From Candidatus Undinarchaeales archaeon (GTDB lineage Archaea; SpSt-1190; JASMDC01): a stretch of 64,000 nucleotides of DNA. The notes beneath the pieces were generated by a model. The model worked only from the letters and a program-made list of their open reading frames with translations. It was not told the DNA's origin and did not search any database. Both the position numbers and the translations under genes were made by a program. The stretch is from assembly GCA_030753015.1 (NCBI GenBank), contig JASMDC010000004.1, forward strand, positions 1 to 64,000. Reading direction: 5' to 3'. Positions 1 through 8,496 of the stretch are shown piece after piece (the first letter of the stretch is position 1; each line of letters opens with the position of its first letter).

Positions 1-135
1 ACTATGCCCGGGCAGGGGCGGGAGCGTAGTGATGGGGTAGGGAGAGGGGGCAAACGTCGAGGTTATGCAACAAAGCAGTATAGAGCGTATTTCATTATGA
101 GATAATCCCTATACAGGTATATGCTGTTGTGCTGC

Positions 136-1149
136 TCACACCAACTTTTTCTGGACGCCCTTCCCCAAATGCTCGTACGCCGCATTACCGGCCTTCCTGC
201 CGCTGCGCGTTCGTGTCAGGAACCCGCGCTTGAGGAGGTAGGGCTCCACCATGTCCACTAGTGTGTCCCGCTCCTCGTTGAGAGTGGCGGCAAGCGCCTC
301 TATGCCCACGGGGCCACCGTCGTAGAAATCGATGATCGTGGTCAGCATCTTGCGATCCAGTTCGTCCAGGCCCTCGCGATCCACACCTTCCAGCTCCAGG
401 GCCTGCTCAGCGATGGCCGGGGTGACGACACCGTTGGCCTCGACCTGCGCGTAGTCGCGGACCCTGCGTAGGAGGCGGTTGGCGATGCGGGGTGTGCCCC
501 TGGCCCGGCGTGCGATCTCGGCGCAGCCCTTCGGTTCTACAGGCACCTTCAGCAGGTCGGATGAGCGGTCGACGATGCGCTCCAGCTCCTGCGAGGAATA
601 GAAGTCAAGGTGGTGAAATATGCCGAATCTCTCGCGCAGGGGGGCTGTGAGCGATCCTGCACGGGTGGTGGCCGTCACTAAAGTGAAGGGCTTGAGCGGG
701 ACCTTGATGGTCTTTGCGAAGGGGCCCTTGTCCACGATGAAGTCAACGGAGAAGTCCTCCATCGCCGGGTAGAGGAACTCCTCCACCACCGGGTTGAGGC
801 GGTGGACCTCGTCGATAAAGAGCACGTCGCCGCGCTCGAGGTTGGTGAGGATGCCCATCAGGTCGCCGGGGCGCTCCAGAGCAGGGCCCGATGTTGCGAC
901 CAGCTGGCTCCCCATCTCGTGTGCGATGATGTGGGCAAGGGTGGTCTTGCCCAGGCCCGGGGGACCGTATAGCAGGATGTGCTCCACAGGCTCGCGACGC
1001 TGGCGTGCTGCGGTGAGTGCGATGCCCAGCTTCCGGATCACTGTCTCCTGGCCGATGAACTCCTTCAGTGTTGTGGGCCTCAAGGCCCACGTGAACGCCT
1101 GCTCCTCCTCGTCCATGGGTGTTCCGCTGACGACGCGCTCACGTGCCAT
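136..1149 (-). CDS. ruvB: Holliday junction branch migration helicase RuvB
   Basis: LRP..L.EFIGQ, Walker A GPPGLGKTT, Walker B LFIDEVHRL, YPAMEDF, RGTPRIANRLLRRVRD, GGPVGI, EPYL motifs. Confidence 0.97.
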   Translation of the reverse strand: MARERVVSGTPMDEEEQAFTWALRPTTLKEFIGQETVIRKLGIALTAARQRREPVEHILLYGPPGLGKTTLAHIIAHEMGSQLVATSGPALERPGDLMGILTNLERGDVLFIDEVHRLNPVVEEFLYPAMEDFSVDFIVDKGPFAKTIKVPLKPFTLVTATTRAGSLTAPLRERFGIFHHLDFYSSQELERIVDRSSDLLKVPVEPKGCAEIARRARGTPRIANRLLRRVRDYAQVEANGVVTPAIAEQALELEGVDREGLDELDRKMLTTIIDFYDGGPVGIEALAATLNEERDTLVDMVEPYLLKRGFLTRTRSGRKAGNAAYEHLGKGVQKKLV

Positions 1150-1150
1150 G

Positions 1151-1780
1151 CTACCCCCTCACCCGCCTGAATACCTCGGCGATTAGCTCGTCGGTCCCGG
1201 TAGCACCGGGCAGGCGCGCGATGGCCTCGGACACCATCTTATGTGCTTCCGAGCGGGAGTAGCCGAGCTGGCGCAGCACTGCCTGTGCCTGCTCTCCGAT
1301 GTCGGTCTCGCGGTGCGGAGGTGCTCCGGGCTCGCGCAGGAGGGCGAACCGCGCCATCTTGCCGTTGAGCTCGGCGATGACCTTCTCGGCAGCTCGGTTA
1401 CCGATGCCGGGGAGCCGTGTGAGAGTGGCCTTGTCCTTGGCCTCGATGGCTGTAGCGATCTCGCTGATCGGGAGCGTCAGCGCCCGCAGTGCACGCTTGG
1501 GCCCGATGCCCTGGACCGTGATGAAGAGCTGGAAGAAGTCCCGTGCCACGGGATTGAGGAACCCGATCAATCGGGGCAGGAGCGGACCGGGGCCGGATCC
1601 TCCCTCGAGGTAATGAAGGGTGTGGAACGTGACGGCCTCTTCAGGTCCATGTTCGAGCATGACCTTTAGCTTATCGAGGATGCCCGAGGGGACCTGGACC
1701 TGGTACGACACGTCGTTTGAGCGTACCACAGCGAACCCGTCGCCCACGTCCTCGAGCACACCGGCAAGCCGCCAGATCAC
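1151..1780 (-). CDS. ruvA: Holliday junction DNA-binding protein RuvA
   Basis: HhH motifs VQGIGPKRAL and LPGIGNRAAEKV, C-terminal LRQLGY; GTG start at 1780 overlaps ruvC stop (GTGA). Confidence 0.94.
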   Translation of the reverse strand: MIWRLAGVLEDVGDGFAVVRSNDVSYQVQVPSGILDKLKVMLEHGPEEAVTFHTLHYLEGGSGPGPLLPRLIGFLNPVARDFFQLFITVQGIGPKRALRALTLPISEIATAIEAKDKATLTRLPGIGNRAAEKVIAELNGKMARFALLREPGAPPHRETDIGEQAQAVLRQLGYSRSEAHKMVSEAIARLPGATGTDELIAEVFRRVRG

Positions 1781-2298
1781 GCGTTCCCACCCCCGTGAAC
1801 ACCCTCGCGTCGAAGGGCATCGCAGTGACACAGGGCCACGGCGAGCGCATCGGAGACATCGGCCGGCTTGGGCGCCTCCTCGATGCCCAGGGCCGCTGCA
1901 ACGGCGCCCTGCACCTGCTCCTTGGATGCGCGACCGCTGCCGGTGATCGCCTTCTTCACCCTGCTGGGCGGATAGCCCGTCACCGCAAGGTCATGCTGGG
2001 CGGCGGCCAGGAGCAGCGCCCCGCGGGCGTGGCCCATGACGATAGCCGTTCGTGGCCGCTGATAATGCGTGAAGAGCGCCTCCACTGCGACACAGGAGGG
2101 CCGGAACTCTTCCAGAACGCCGCCGAGGGCCTCGTGGAGGGTGCGCAGCCGCAGCTCCAGGGGGTCCTTGGGATCGGTACGGAGCACGCCGCCCTCGACA
2201 AGCTCCACTGCACCCCCGCGCATCTCGACCACGCCGTAACCGGTGATGTTAATACCGGGATCAAGCCCCAGCACCCGCAGTCCCTCGCCCGGCTCCAC
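1777..2298 (-). CDS. ruvC: Crossover junction endodeoxyribonuclease RuvC
   Basis: LGLDPG...TGYGVV, VAVE, GHARG, VKKAITGSGRASKEQV, DVSDALAVALCH; GTG at 2298 chosen because a TATA-like box lies ~23 nt upstream. Confidence 0.95.
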   Translation of the reverse strand: MEPGEGLRVLGLDPGINITGYGVVEMRGGAVELVEGGVLRTDPKDPLELRLRTLHEALGGVLEEFRPSCVAVEALFTHYQRPRTAIVMGHARGALLLAAAQHDLAVTGYPPSRVKKAITGSGRASKEQVQGAVAAALGIEEAPKPADVSDALAVALCHCDALRREGVHGGGNA

Positions 2299-2319
2299 GT
2301 CAATATCTCGACGCTCTAA

Positions 2320-2335
2320 GATAAAAAAGGTTTGC
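2320..2335 (-). promoter_or_regulatory. Archaeal BRE/TATA-like promoter of ruvCAB
   Basis: Minus strand GCAAACC-TTTTTTATC ending ~23 nt before the ruvC GTG (leaderless geometry). Confidence 0.6.
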
Positions 2336-2363
2336 AGCCCTTGCGGCCGGTATTCACGCGACT

Positions 2364-3695
2364 TCATAGGCGTGAGAACGCCCTGATGCCACGCAGGAGG
2401 TTCATCGCGTCCCGTGGATCGCGCACGATCTCCCGCAGCCGGCGGCGGGCGAACGCGCTGGTGAGATAGAAGGACCTGTAGGCCTCCCGCAACAGCTCTT
2501 GGAGCCGCTCCTCCGAGAGGTGCGGATGGTCGAACACAAGCTCGAATGTGTTGAACCGGTCCCACTCCTCAGAGACGGTGATGCCTCTGTCCACGAGCTT
2601 GTCCCAGCTCGGCGTACCGGGGAAGGGTGTGAAGATGGAGAAGTTAGCAAAATCCGGTCCCAGGTCACGGGCCGTGTCGATGGTCGACCGTACCGATCCC
2701 TCGGTGTCGTCCGGGAAGCCGAGGATGAAGCATGCTCTCACAGCGACACCGTGGTCCTGGCACATGCGCACCACCTCCTTTGTCCGGTCCAGGTCCACGG
2801 CCTTGCCAATCGCCTTGCGCTCGTCGACCGACGCGGACTCCACACCGATGCCCATGGAGGTGCAACCTGCGTCCGCCATGACGGTGATCAGTTCCTCGGT
2901 GAGAAGGTCGCTGCGGGCCTGGCAGTTCCAGGTGAGGTCGTACTCTGTGATCCGGCGGCAGAACTCCCGGGTCCGTTCGTCGTCGAAGGGGAAGGTACCG
3001 TCCATCACCTTGAAGTCCCGCATGCCGTGCTCCTCCACCAGCCGGTCGATGGAGGCGAACACCAGGTCCAGCTCGATGCGGGCGTGGCGTGACGGGCGCT
3101 GGCAGAACCCGCAGGCGAAAGGACAACCGCGCATGGTGAAGACCGGGTAGGAGGGCACGTGCTTGGATGTGATGGTGCCCTGGCCGTACCTGTCCATGTC
3201 CAAAAGCTCGTAGGCAGGGACACGGTCCGCGTCGGGCGGAACGGGTGCGGTGTGGACGCCTTTCGCAGCCCCGCGCACGATGGCGGCGAGCGCGCCCTCA
3301 CCATCGCCCACGACGACGTCGTCAATGCACCCCTCGGCCACGGTCTCGTTCGGAAGGACCGACGGGTGAGGGCCGCCCAGCACTGTCCGTGCACCTTCGT
3401 CCCGGGCCCGCCGGGCTATGGCGAGCGCCCCGGGGTACACTGACGTGTGAGCGGTTACGCCCACGATATCCGGTCCCCGGGCGAGGGCGGCGTCCAGGTC
3501 CTCGGCCTGACCGACCGCCATGTCAAGCACCTCGACCTCGCACCCGGTCACGTCCCGGACGTACCCGCCCAGGTGCGCCAGCCACACCGGCGGCCATGAT
3601 GAGGCCAGGTGGAACATGGCACGACCCATGGACCGCTCGCTCTCGGGCGGATTGACCAGCAGGAGGCGGTGGGCCCGCGTCGCGCGGGCCATCAT
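2364..3695 (-). CDS. B12-binding-domain radical SAM protein
   Basis: LLLVNPP N-terminus, VLGGPHP, RGCPFACGFC (CxxxCxxC), IGVES, FILGFP, PFPGTP; ATGA overlap with upstream gene. Confidence 0.9.
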   Translation of the reverse strand: MMARATRAHRLLLVNPPESERSMGRAMFHLASSWPPVWLAHLGGYVRDVTGCEVEVLDMAVGQAEDLDAALARGPDIVGVTAHTSVYPGALAIARRARDEGARTVLGGPHPSVLPNETVAEGCIDDVVVGDGEGALAAIVRGAAKGVHTAPVPPDADRVPAYELLDMDRYGQGTITSKHVPSYPVFTMRGCPFACGFCQRPSRHARIELDLVFASIDRLVEEHGMRDFKVMDGTFPFDDERTREFCRRITEYDLTWNCQARSDLLTEELITVMADAGCTSMGIGVESASVDERKAIGKAVDLDRTKEVVRMCQDHGVAVRACFILGFPDDTEGSVRSTIDTARDLGPDFANFSIFTPFPGTPSWDKLVDRGITVSEEWDRFNTFELVFDHPHLSEERLQELLREAYRSFYLTSAFARRRLREIVRDPRDAMNLLRGIRAFSRL

Positions 3696-4342
3696 CCCTC
3701 CCATTCATAGGGTCGGGAGTAGAATCCCTTCATGCAGGTGAGCTCCGACACGTCCTTGACCACGCGGGCCGGGCTGCCGATGACCACCTTGCCTGCCGGA
3801 ACATCCTTTGTGACCATCGCACAGGCGCCGACGATGGCACCCTCGCCCACGGTGACGCCCGGGAAGATGGTGGCAAGCGCACCGATCTTGGCGCCCTTCT
3901 TGATGTGCGGCGCGCCCAGACACTCAGTGTACCTCGGGCACCGCGGGTGGGGATCGTTGAGGAAGAGCGACCGTGGCCCGATGAAGGCATTGTCCTCGAT
4001 GACAGAGTACTCGCCCAGGATGGCGGCCGTGTGGATGCTGACGTTGTTGCCGATGCGGTGGCCGTTCTCCAGTGCCACGAGCGTGCCGATGCTCGCGTTG
4101 TCACCGATGACGTTGTCCTCCCGGATGCGTGCGCCGCTGCCCGTGGAGAGGTTGTCACCGATGGTTGTCCCCGCGTAGATCACCGAATGGGTGCGGACCA
4201 CGGCGTTGTCGCCGATTACCAGCTCCAGCTCGCCGGCCTCGCTGCCCCGGGGCGGTACACCCAGCACCACGTAGGGCTCGATGACCGCGTTCTTCCCCAG
4301 CTTGACATTGGGGTACCGTACGTACGGGATGTCCTCGACCAT
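3692..4342 (-). CDS. Hexapeptide-repeat (left-handed beta-helix) acyltransferase, sugar N-acetyltransferase-like
   Basis: Repeated IGDN hexapeptides, NDPHP, C-terminal VGEGAIVGACAMVTKDVP..GSPAR; GAGGTGA SD upstream of ATG 4342. Confidence 0.88.
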   Translation of the reverse strand: MVEDIPYVRYPNVKLGKNAVIEPYVVLGVPPRGSEAGELELVIGDNAVVRTHSVIYAGTTIGDNLSTGSGARIREDNVIGDNASIGTLVALENGHRIGNNVSIHTAAILGEYSVIEDNAFIGPRSLFLNDPHPRCPRYTECLGAPHIKKGAKIGALATIFPGVTVGEGAIVGACAMVTKDVPAGKVVIGSPARVVKDVSELTCMKGFYSRPYEWEG

Positions 4343-4352
4343 GATCGTCACC

Positions 4353-5153
4353 TCACACCGGCGGCCGGGGCTGCACCACCAGCCGCGTGATACCCATCTC
4401 CGCCAACCGCCCCTCGTCGGGCACGTCGGGGTTCTCGTAGAACACCGCGTTCCCATGGAGTAGGAGGGGTCCGGGCATGACGGGATGAGTGAGCGTGAAG
4501 GATGTGGTGCGGCACTGTCGGCCGCAGGACCAGACACCGACGCGGACGGGCCCGTCGCTGTCGCAGTTCGCCGTCGGGCAGAGCCGCGTGGTGGTCACGG
4601 CCATGAACGGCGTGTACAGGGAGCCCTCCAGGGGATCAGGCCCCTTGCTGAGATCGAGGTCCAGGCCCTGGAGGGGGTTGTCCACCTCGACGCGCCTGAC
4701 GCCCCGCTCGTGCAGGAACCGCCTGAATACCGGGACGGTGAGATTGTTCTCCCGGTACTGGCGCAGGGTCTCGTCCGGAAGGCGGTCGATCACGCGCATG
4801 ATGCGCGGCCCCTTGCGCAGCCGGTTGAGCACACGGCCCATGAGGGGTTCGAGCCCCTGGTCCCGGAGCGTGGTCAGCACGCCCCAGTCGTTGGCCGCCA
4901 CCTCGCACCCGGCCTCCTCGGTCGCCAGGGCGGCAAGTACGGGGTCGAGCCGGTCCAGGCCGACATCGGTCACCAGGGGAGTGACAAGCGTGAAGGCACG
5001 CCCCGCGTCCCTGGCCGCTTGGAGCACCGACATGACCTCGGTCTCGGTGGGGATGAGGTTCTGGCAGAACTCGCTTCCGAAGTACACGCGCCGGGCATCC
5101 TCCTCGACAAGATCGAGCTGGTCGGCCCGTCCTATGAGAGTGGCCCGCTCCAT
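4353..5153 (-). CDS. Peptidase U32 family small partner, UbiV-like Fe-S protein
   Basis: N-terminal YFGSEFC (cf. UbiV YLGEVVC), NDWG, C-terminal RLC...CGRQC; stop/start overlap with the U32 gene. Confidence 0.65.
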   Translation of the reverse strand: MERATLIGRADQLDLVEEDARRVYFGSEFCQNLIPTETEVMSVLQAARDAGRAFTLVTPLVTDVGLDRLDPVLAALATEEAGCEVAANDWGVLTTLRDQGLEPLMGRVLNRLRKGPRIMRVIDRLPDETLRQYRENNLTVPVFRRFLHERGVRRVEVDNPLQGLDLDLSKGPDPLEGSLYTPFMAVTTTRLCPTANCDSDGPVRVGVWSCGRQCRTTSFTLTHPVMPGPLLLHGNAVFYENPDVPDEGRLAEMGITRLVVQPRPPV

Positions 5154-6253
5154 CAGGCGTCCACCTCCATGACCGATGGATAGTAGCAGTACCCAAGCTC
5201 GCAGTCGACGCCGAACCGCTGCTTGTGCTCGGCCCGTGTGTGGCGGATGAACTCCTCCCGCGAGGGCTTCTCGGTCGCCATGTAGTCCAGAAGATGACGG
5301 ATGAACCGCACGTCGCCCAGCTTGCGCGACGTGGGAAAGGCACGGCCGATTATCTTAATGCTCTCCAGGCCCATGGTCGCCAGATCGTGGATGGCGCAGG
5401 CACCGCACTCCATCTGTGTCTTGCGCTTGACAAAGTGCTTCATGCGCTCCTGCACATTGGCCTGCTGCTCCTCGTCCACGTCACCCTCGATGGTGACGGT
5501 GTGACGCAGCTCGCAGGGCTCCAGCCACTCCATGGACACGCTCTCGTCGATGAGCGCCTCGAGCACGCGCTTCGGCAGGCGCTTGGCCAAGGACACCACC
5601 CTGTCGTTGTGCTTTACCGCCATGAAGGCCTTGCCCACCAGGGGGTGGACCGGGTTCATGATCTCGTGGAGCCCGTGCTGGAAGGTGCAGTACCCCTCGA
5701 CGTTCCGGCACCGGCCGTTGAGGATGAACACCTCGACGCCCATCCCCTCCGAGCCCTTCACGATGCGACGGATCTCCTCGACGGTGAGATGTCGGTCCAG
5801 GATGACCCGAGAGGCGCCCAGGTCGTGGAAGAATGCGGCAGACGTGGCGTTGATGACTGAGGCCCCTGTGCTCACGTGGAGGTCGACAGACAGTCCCTCG
5901 TCACGGAGCAGGAGCAAGAGCCCGATATCGGCGATGATGAGCGCGTCCACGCCCACGTCCACTGCGGTCCTCAGCTCGTCGAGCACCACAGGGTACTGGT
6001 CCTCGTCGTAGTAGTGGGCATTGGCGGCCATGTACACACGGGCGCCCCGGTCGTGTGCGGTGGTCACTGCCTTCCGTATCTGGTCGAAGGAGCGGAAGTT
6101 GGGCTCGCCGCACTCCCGCCGGTTCGAAGAGCAGATGGTGCTGTAGGTATCCTCCCACTTCTTGGTGATGAGGCCGCAGTAGAATGCATCGGCGCCGGCA
6201 TCGAGCAGGGGCGCAACCTCGTCTGCCGTGGTCAGGGGCGACAGCAGCTCCAT
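5153..6253 (-). CDS. Peptidase U32 family protein (UbiU/TrhP/RlhA-like)
   Basis: MELLSP start, AGADAFYCG, GVDALIIADIG, LHVST, GASRVILDRHL, EVFI..GRC....GYC, KIIGR. Confidence 0.88.
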   Translation of the reverse strand: MELLSPLTTADEVAPLLDAGADAFYCGLITKKWEDTYSTICSSNRRECGEPNFRSFDQIRKAVTTAHDRGARVYMAANAHYYDEDQYPVVLDELRTAVDVGVDALIIADIGLLLLLRDEGLSVDLHVSTGASVINATSAAFFHDLGASRVILDRHLTVEEIRRIVKGSEGMGVEVFILNGRCRNVEGYCTFQHGLHEIMNPVHPLVGKAFMAVKHNDRVVSLAKRLPKRVLEALIDESVSMEWLEPCELRHTVTIEGDVDEEQQANVQERMKHFVKRKTQMECGACAIHDLATMGLESIKIIGRAFPTSRKLGDVRFIRHLLDYMATEKPSREEFIRHTRAEHKQRFGVDCELGYCYYPSVMEVDA

Positions 6254-6307
6254 GGCTCTCGGCGGGAAGCAATCGGGCAAAATATATAACATGAACGTCC
6301 GGGCGCA

Positions 6308-7537
6308 TCAGGCCAGTGCCCGCTTGATAACGGCCACGGTCCGCTCCATGTCCTGTTCGCTCAGGGTGTGCCACACGGGAAGGGCCAGACCTTGCTCATC
6401 AGCGCGAGCAGCGACCGGGCAGGGCCGCGCGTACTCCTTCAGTGCGGGCAGGTTGCAGCAGTCGTCGGCGATGTTCACCTTGGTGTCCACCCCTGCACGG
6501 AACAGCTCCTGCACCAGACGCTGGCGCTCCTTGACCTGGATGACATAGTGGTAATAGATGTGGCTTCCGCCATCCGCCTCCTCGGGCACCGTCACGCCCG
6601 GGACGTCCTGCAGGCCCTCTGTGAGCACCTTGGCCCGCTCCCTGCGCGCGTCGCCGTTGTCGTCCAGACCGTCTAGCTGGACCAGCCCGGTCCGTGCCTG
6701 GAGGGAGGACATGCGCACGGTGTAGGTAGGGGGCATCTCGTCCTGCAGGATCTCGTCGTGGGCCATGCCCTTGGGTGCTCCTCCACGGACCATGGAGAGG
6801 AGTCGCAGCGGTGGGTACAGACCGAGGGAGTACACCCACGGCCGGGATAGGACACCGCCCACGGTGCCGATGGCAACCTTGATTGCGAGCTGCTTCCTAC
6901 GGGGGAGGGCGTACTCGCGTTCGAAGGCACGCACCTTCTCGGCCAGCTCCTCGTCATCGGTCGTCACCATCCCGCCACCGAAGGCGGTCATGTTCTTGAA
7001 GAGGTTGAAGGAGAAGAGACCCGCCGTTCCCTGCGAGCCCACCCGCCGGTCGCGGTACGAAGCACCGTTCGCCTGGGCGCAGTCCTCGATGACAGGCACC
7101 CCCCGCTCCTCCGCCAGCTCCAGCACCTCGTCCATGGGAGCGGGGTTGCCGAAGAGGTGGGTGGGGATCAGCACGCCGGTGTCGTCCCCGACCACCGGCC
7201 GGAGCGTCTCAGCAGAGACGTCGAGCGTGCCCTGTTCCACGTCAGCGAACACCGGCCGACCGCCCGCCATGAGGGCCACGTTTCCCATGCCCCAAAAGGT
7301 GAAGGCAGGTAGGACCACCTCCTTCCCCTCGACACCCAGGGCCCGCAGCAGGTGGTGGAAGCCCGTCCGCGCGGAGCCCACGGCGATTGCATGACGGACG
7401 CCGATGAGGGCCGCGAAGTGTCGCTCGAGCTTTGTGATGTCGTAGGGATCCTCGCCCCCGAACAGGCCATAGGCCCCCCGAACGGTGTCGCCCAGTCCGA
7501 CGTTGACGTGGTGCCGGGGGAAGCTCTTGAGGCCCAT
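6308..7537 (-). CDS. DegT/DnrJ/EryC1/StrS PLP-dependent sugar aminotransferase
   Basis: PTHLFG, VIEDCAQANG, FSFNLFKNMTAFGGG (PLP lysine), LALP; start M(GLKSF) at 7537. Confidence 0.9.
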   Translation of the reverse strand: MGLKSFPRHHVNVGLGDTVRGAYGLFGGEDPYDITKLERHFAALIGVRHAIAVGSARTGFHHLLRALGVEGKEVVLPAFTFWGMGNVALMAGGRPVFADVEQGTLDVSAETLRPVVGDDTGVLIPTHLFGNPAPMDEVLELAEERGVPVIEDCAQANGASYRDRRVGSQGTAGLFSFNLFKNMTAFGGGMVTTDDEELAEKVRAFEREYALPRRKQLAIKVAIGTVGGVLSRPWVYSLGLYPPLRLLSMVRGGAPKGMAHDEILQDEMPPTYTVRMSSLQARTGLVQLDGLDDNGDARRERAKVLTEGLQDVPGVTVPEEADGGSHIYYHYVIQVKERQRLVQELFRAGVDTKVNIADDCCNLPALKEYARPCPVAARADEQGLALPVWHTLSEQDMERTVAVIKRALA

Positions 7538-7698
7538 GGGACGAGAGGTGCGGTGCAGGTTTTTCAATGTTTGCTCAAGGCCAGGGTATTTTCGTGGCCG
7601 GGCTGGCGGTGGTAATGTTGCCCTGGCTCGTGATCACGCGCTGAGCGTGCTCTCTGGGAACTAGGATTGCGGGCGAGGGGAAACGCCCCCCGCCCGGA

Positions 7699-7771
7699 TG
7701 GACTGGCCGGGATTTGAACCCGGGGCTTCTGCCATGCCAAGGCAGCACTCTTCCAACTGAGCTACCAGCCC
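7699..7771 (-). tRNA. tRNA-Ala(GGC)
   Basis: GGGCTGGTAGCTCAGTTGGAAGAGTGCTGCCTTGGCATGGCAGAAGCCCCGGGTTCAAATCCCGGCCAGTCCA: cloverleaf, anticodon GGC, G3:U70 pair, no intron, CCA not encoded. Confidence 0.97.
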
Positions 7772-7799
7772 GCGTCGGGAATGGCACAGGCACAGCCAC

Positions 7800-7812
7800 A
7801 ATTATAAAGGTT
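7800..7812. promoter_or_regulatory. Shared TATA box between divergent tRNA-Ala and membrane-protein genes
   Basis: AATTATAAAGG about 29 nt from the tRNA 5' end and about 22 nt from GTG 7830. Confidence 0.6.
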
Positions 7813-7829
7813 TTCCCTTGCCTCGGAGC

Positions 7830-8495
7830 GTGGCCGATGACGAGAAGGAGAAGGCCGAGCACGAGGCTCTCGTCCGCGGTGCGTTCACCCTTTTCCTACT
7901 GAGCGCCGTGTTCTACATCCCCCTCGACCTCGCCACGTCCTACATCTTTTTCACCAGCGTTGGCGGCGGCATCGAGCTCAACCCGTTCTTCGGCGGGCCC
8001 ATGGCCAGGTGCACCACCCGCCTGTGCATATTAGGCGTGCTGGGCGGACTCTTCCTGCTCAAGGCCGCGCTTCTCGGATGGTTCGGGTTCATGCTCCTTG
8101 TGTACCGCTACGATCCGACGAAGGAGATCATCTACTCCCAGCTCCTGCTCCGCATCTCCCTGGTGTCCGCACTGCTGTCCATCCTGCTGGTGGCCAACAA
8201 TGCCCTCTTCCTCTGGCTATACCTGTTCGAGCTGTACGCCACGTGGTTCCAGGTGGCCCTCTTCCTGACGTTCGCCATCTATGCGACCTCGTTCATACTG
8301 GGCATGGTGCTCAACCGGGAACCCGTGGTGATCGCGGCCGACGTCGACCTCCCGGTGCTCCTGGTGGTCACCCTGGTCGTATCATTCATCCTTTGGGAGC
8401 TGTCGGGCATCCCCTACATCGCAGTGTCCTTCGCCATCCTGATGTACGGCAACCTCGAGGTGTTCCGCTACTACTGGGAGGGTGGGGAAAGGTAG
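7830..8495 (+). CDS. Multi-pass membrane protein (G.ELNP motif, DUF5658-like)
   Basis: About 6 hydrophobic segments; LDLATSY...GGIELNPF. Confidence 0.7.
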   Translation: MADDEKEKAEHEALVRGAFTLFLLSAVFYIPLDLATSYIFFTSVGGGIELNPFFGGPMARCTTRLCILGVLGGLFLLKAALLGWFGFMLLVYRYDPTKEIIYSQLLLRISLVSALLSILLVANNALFLWLYLFELYATWFQVALFLTFAIYATSFILGMVLNREPVVIAADVDLPVLLVVTLVVSFILWELSGIPYIAVSFAILMYGNLEVFRYYWEGGER

Positions 8496-8496
8496 C

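Noticed and set aside
7570-7771. Integrated element at tRNA-Ala
   Set aside because: No integrase next to it and no duplicate of the tRNA 3' end noticed in the window.
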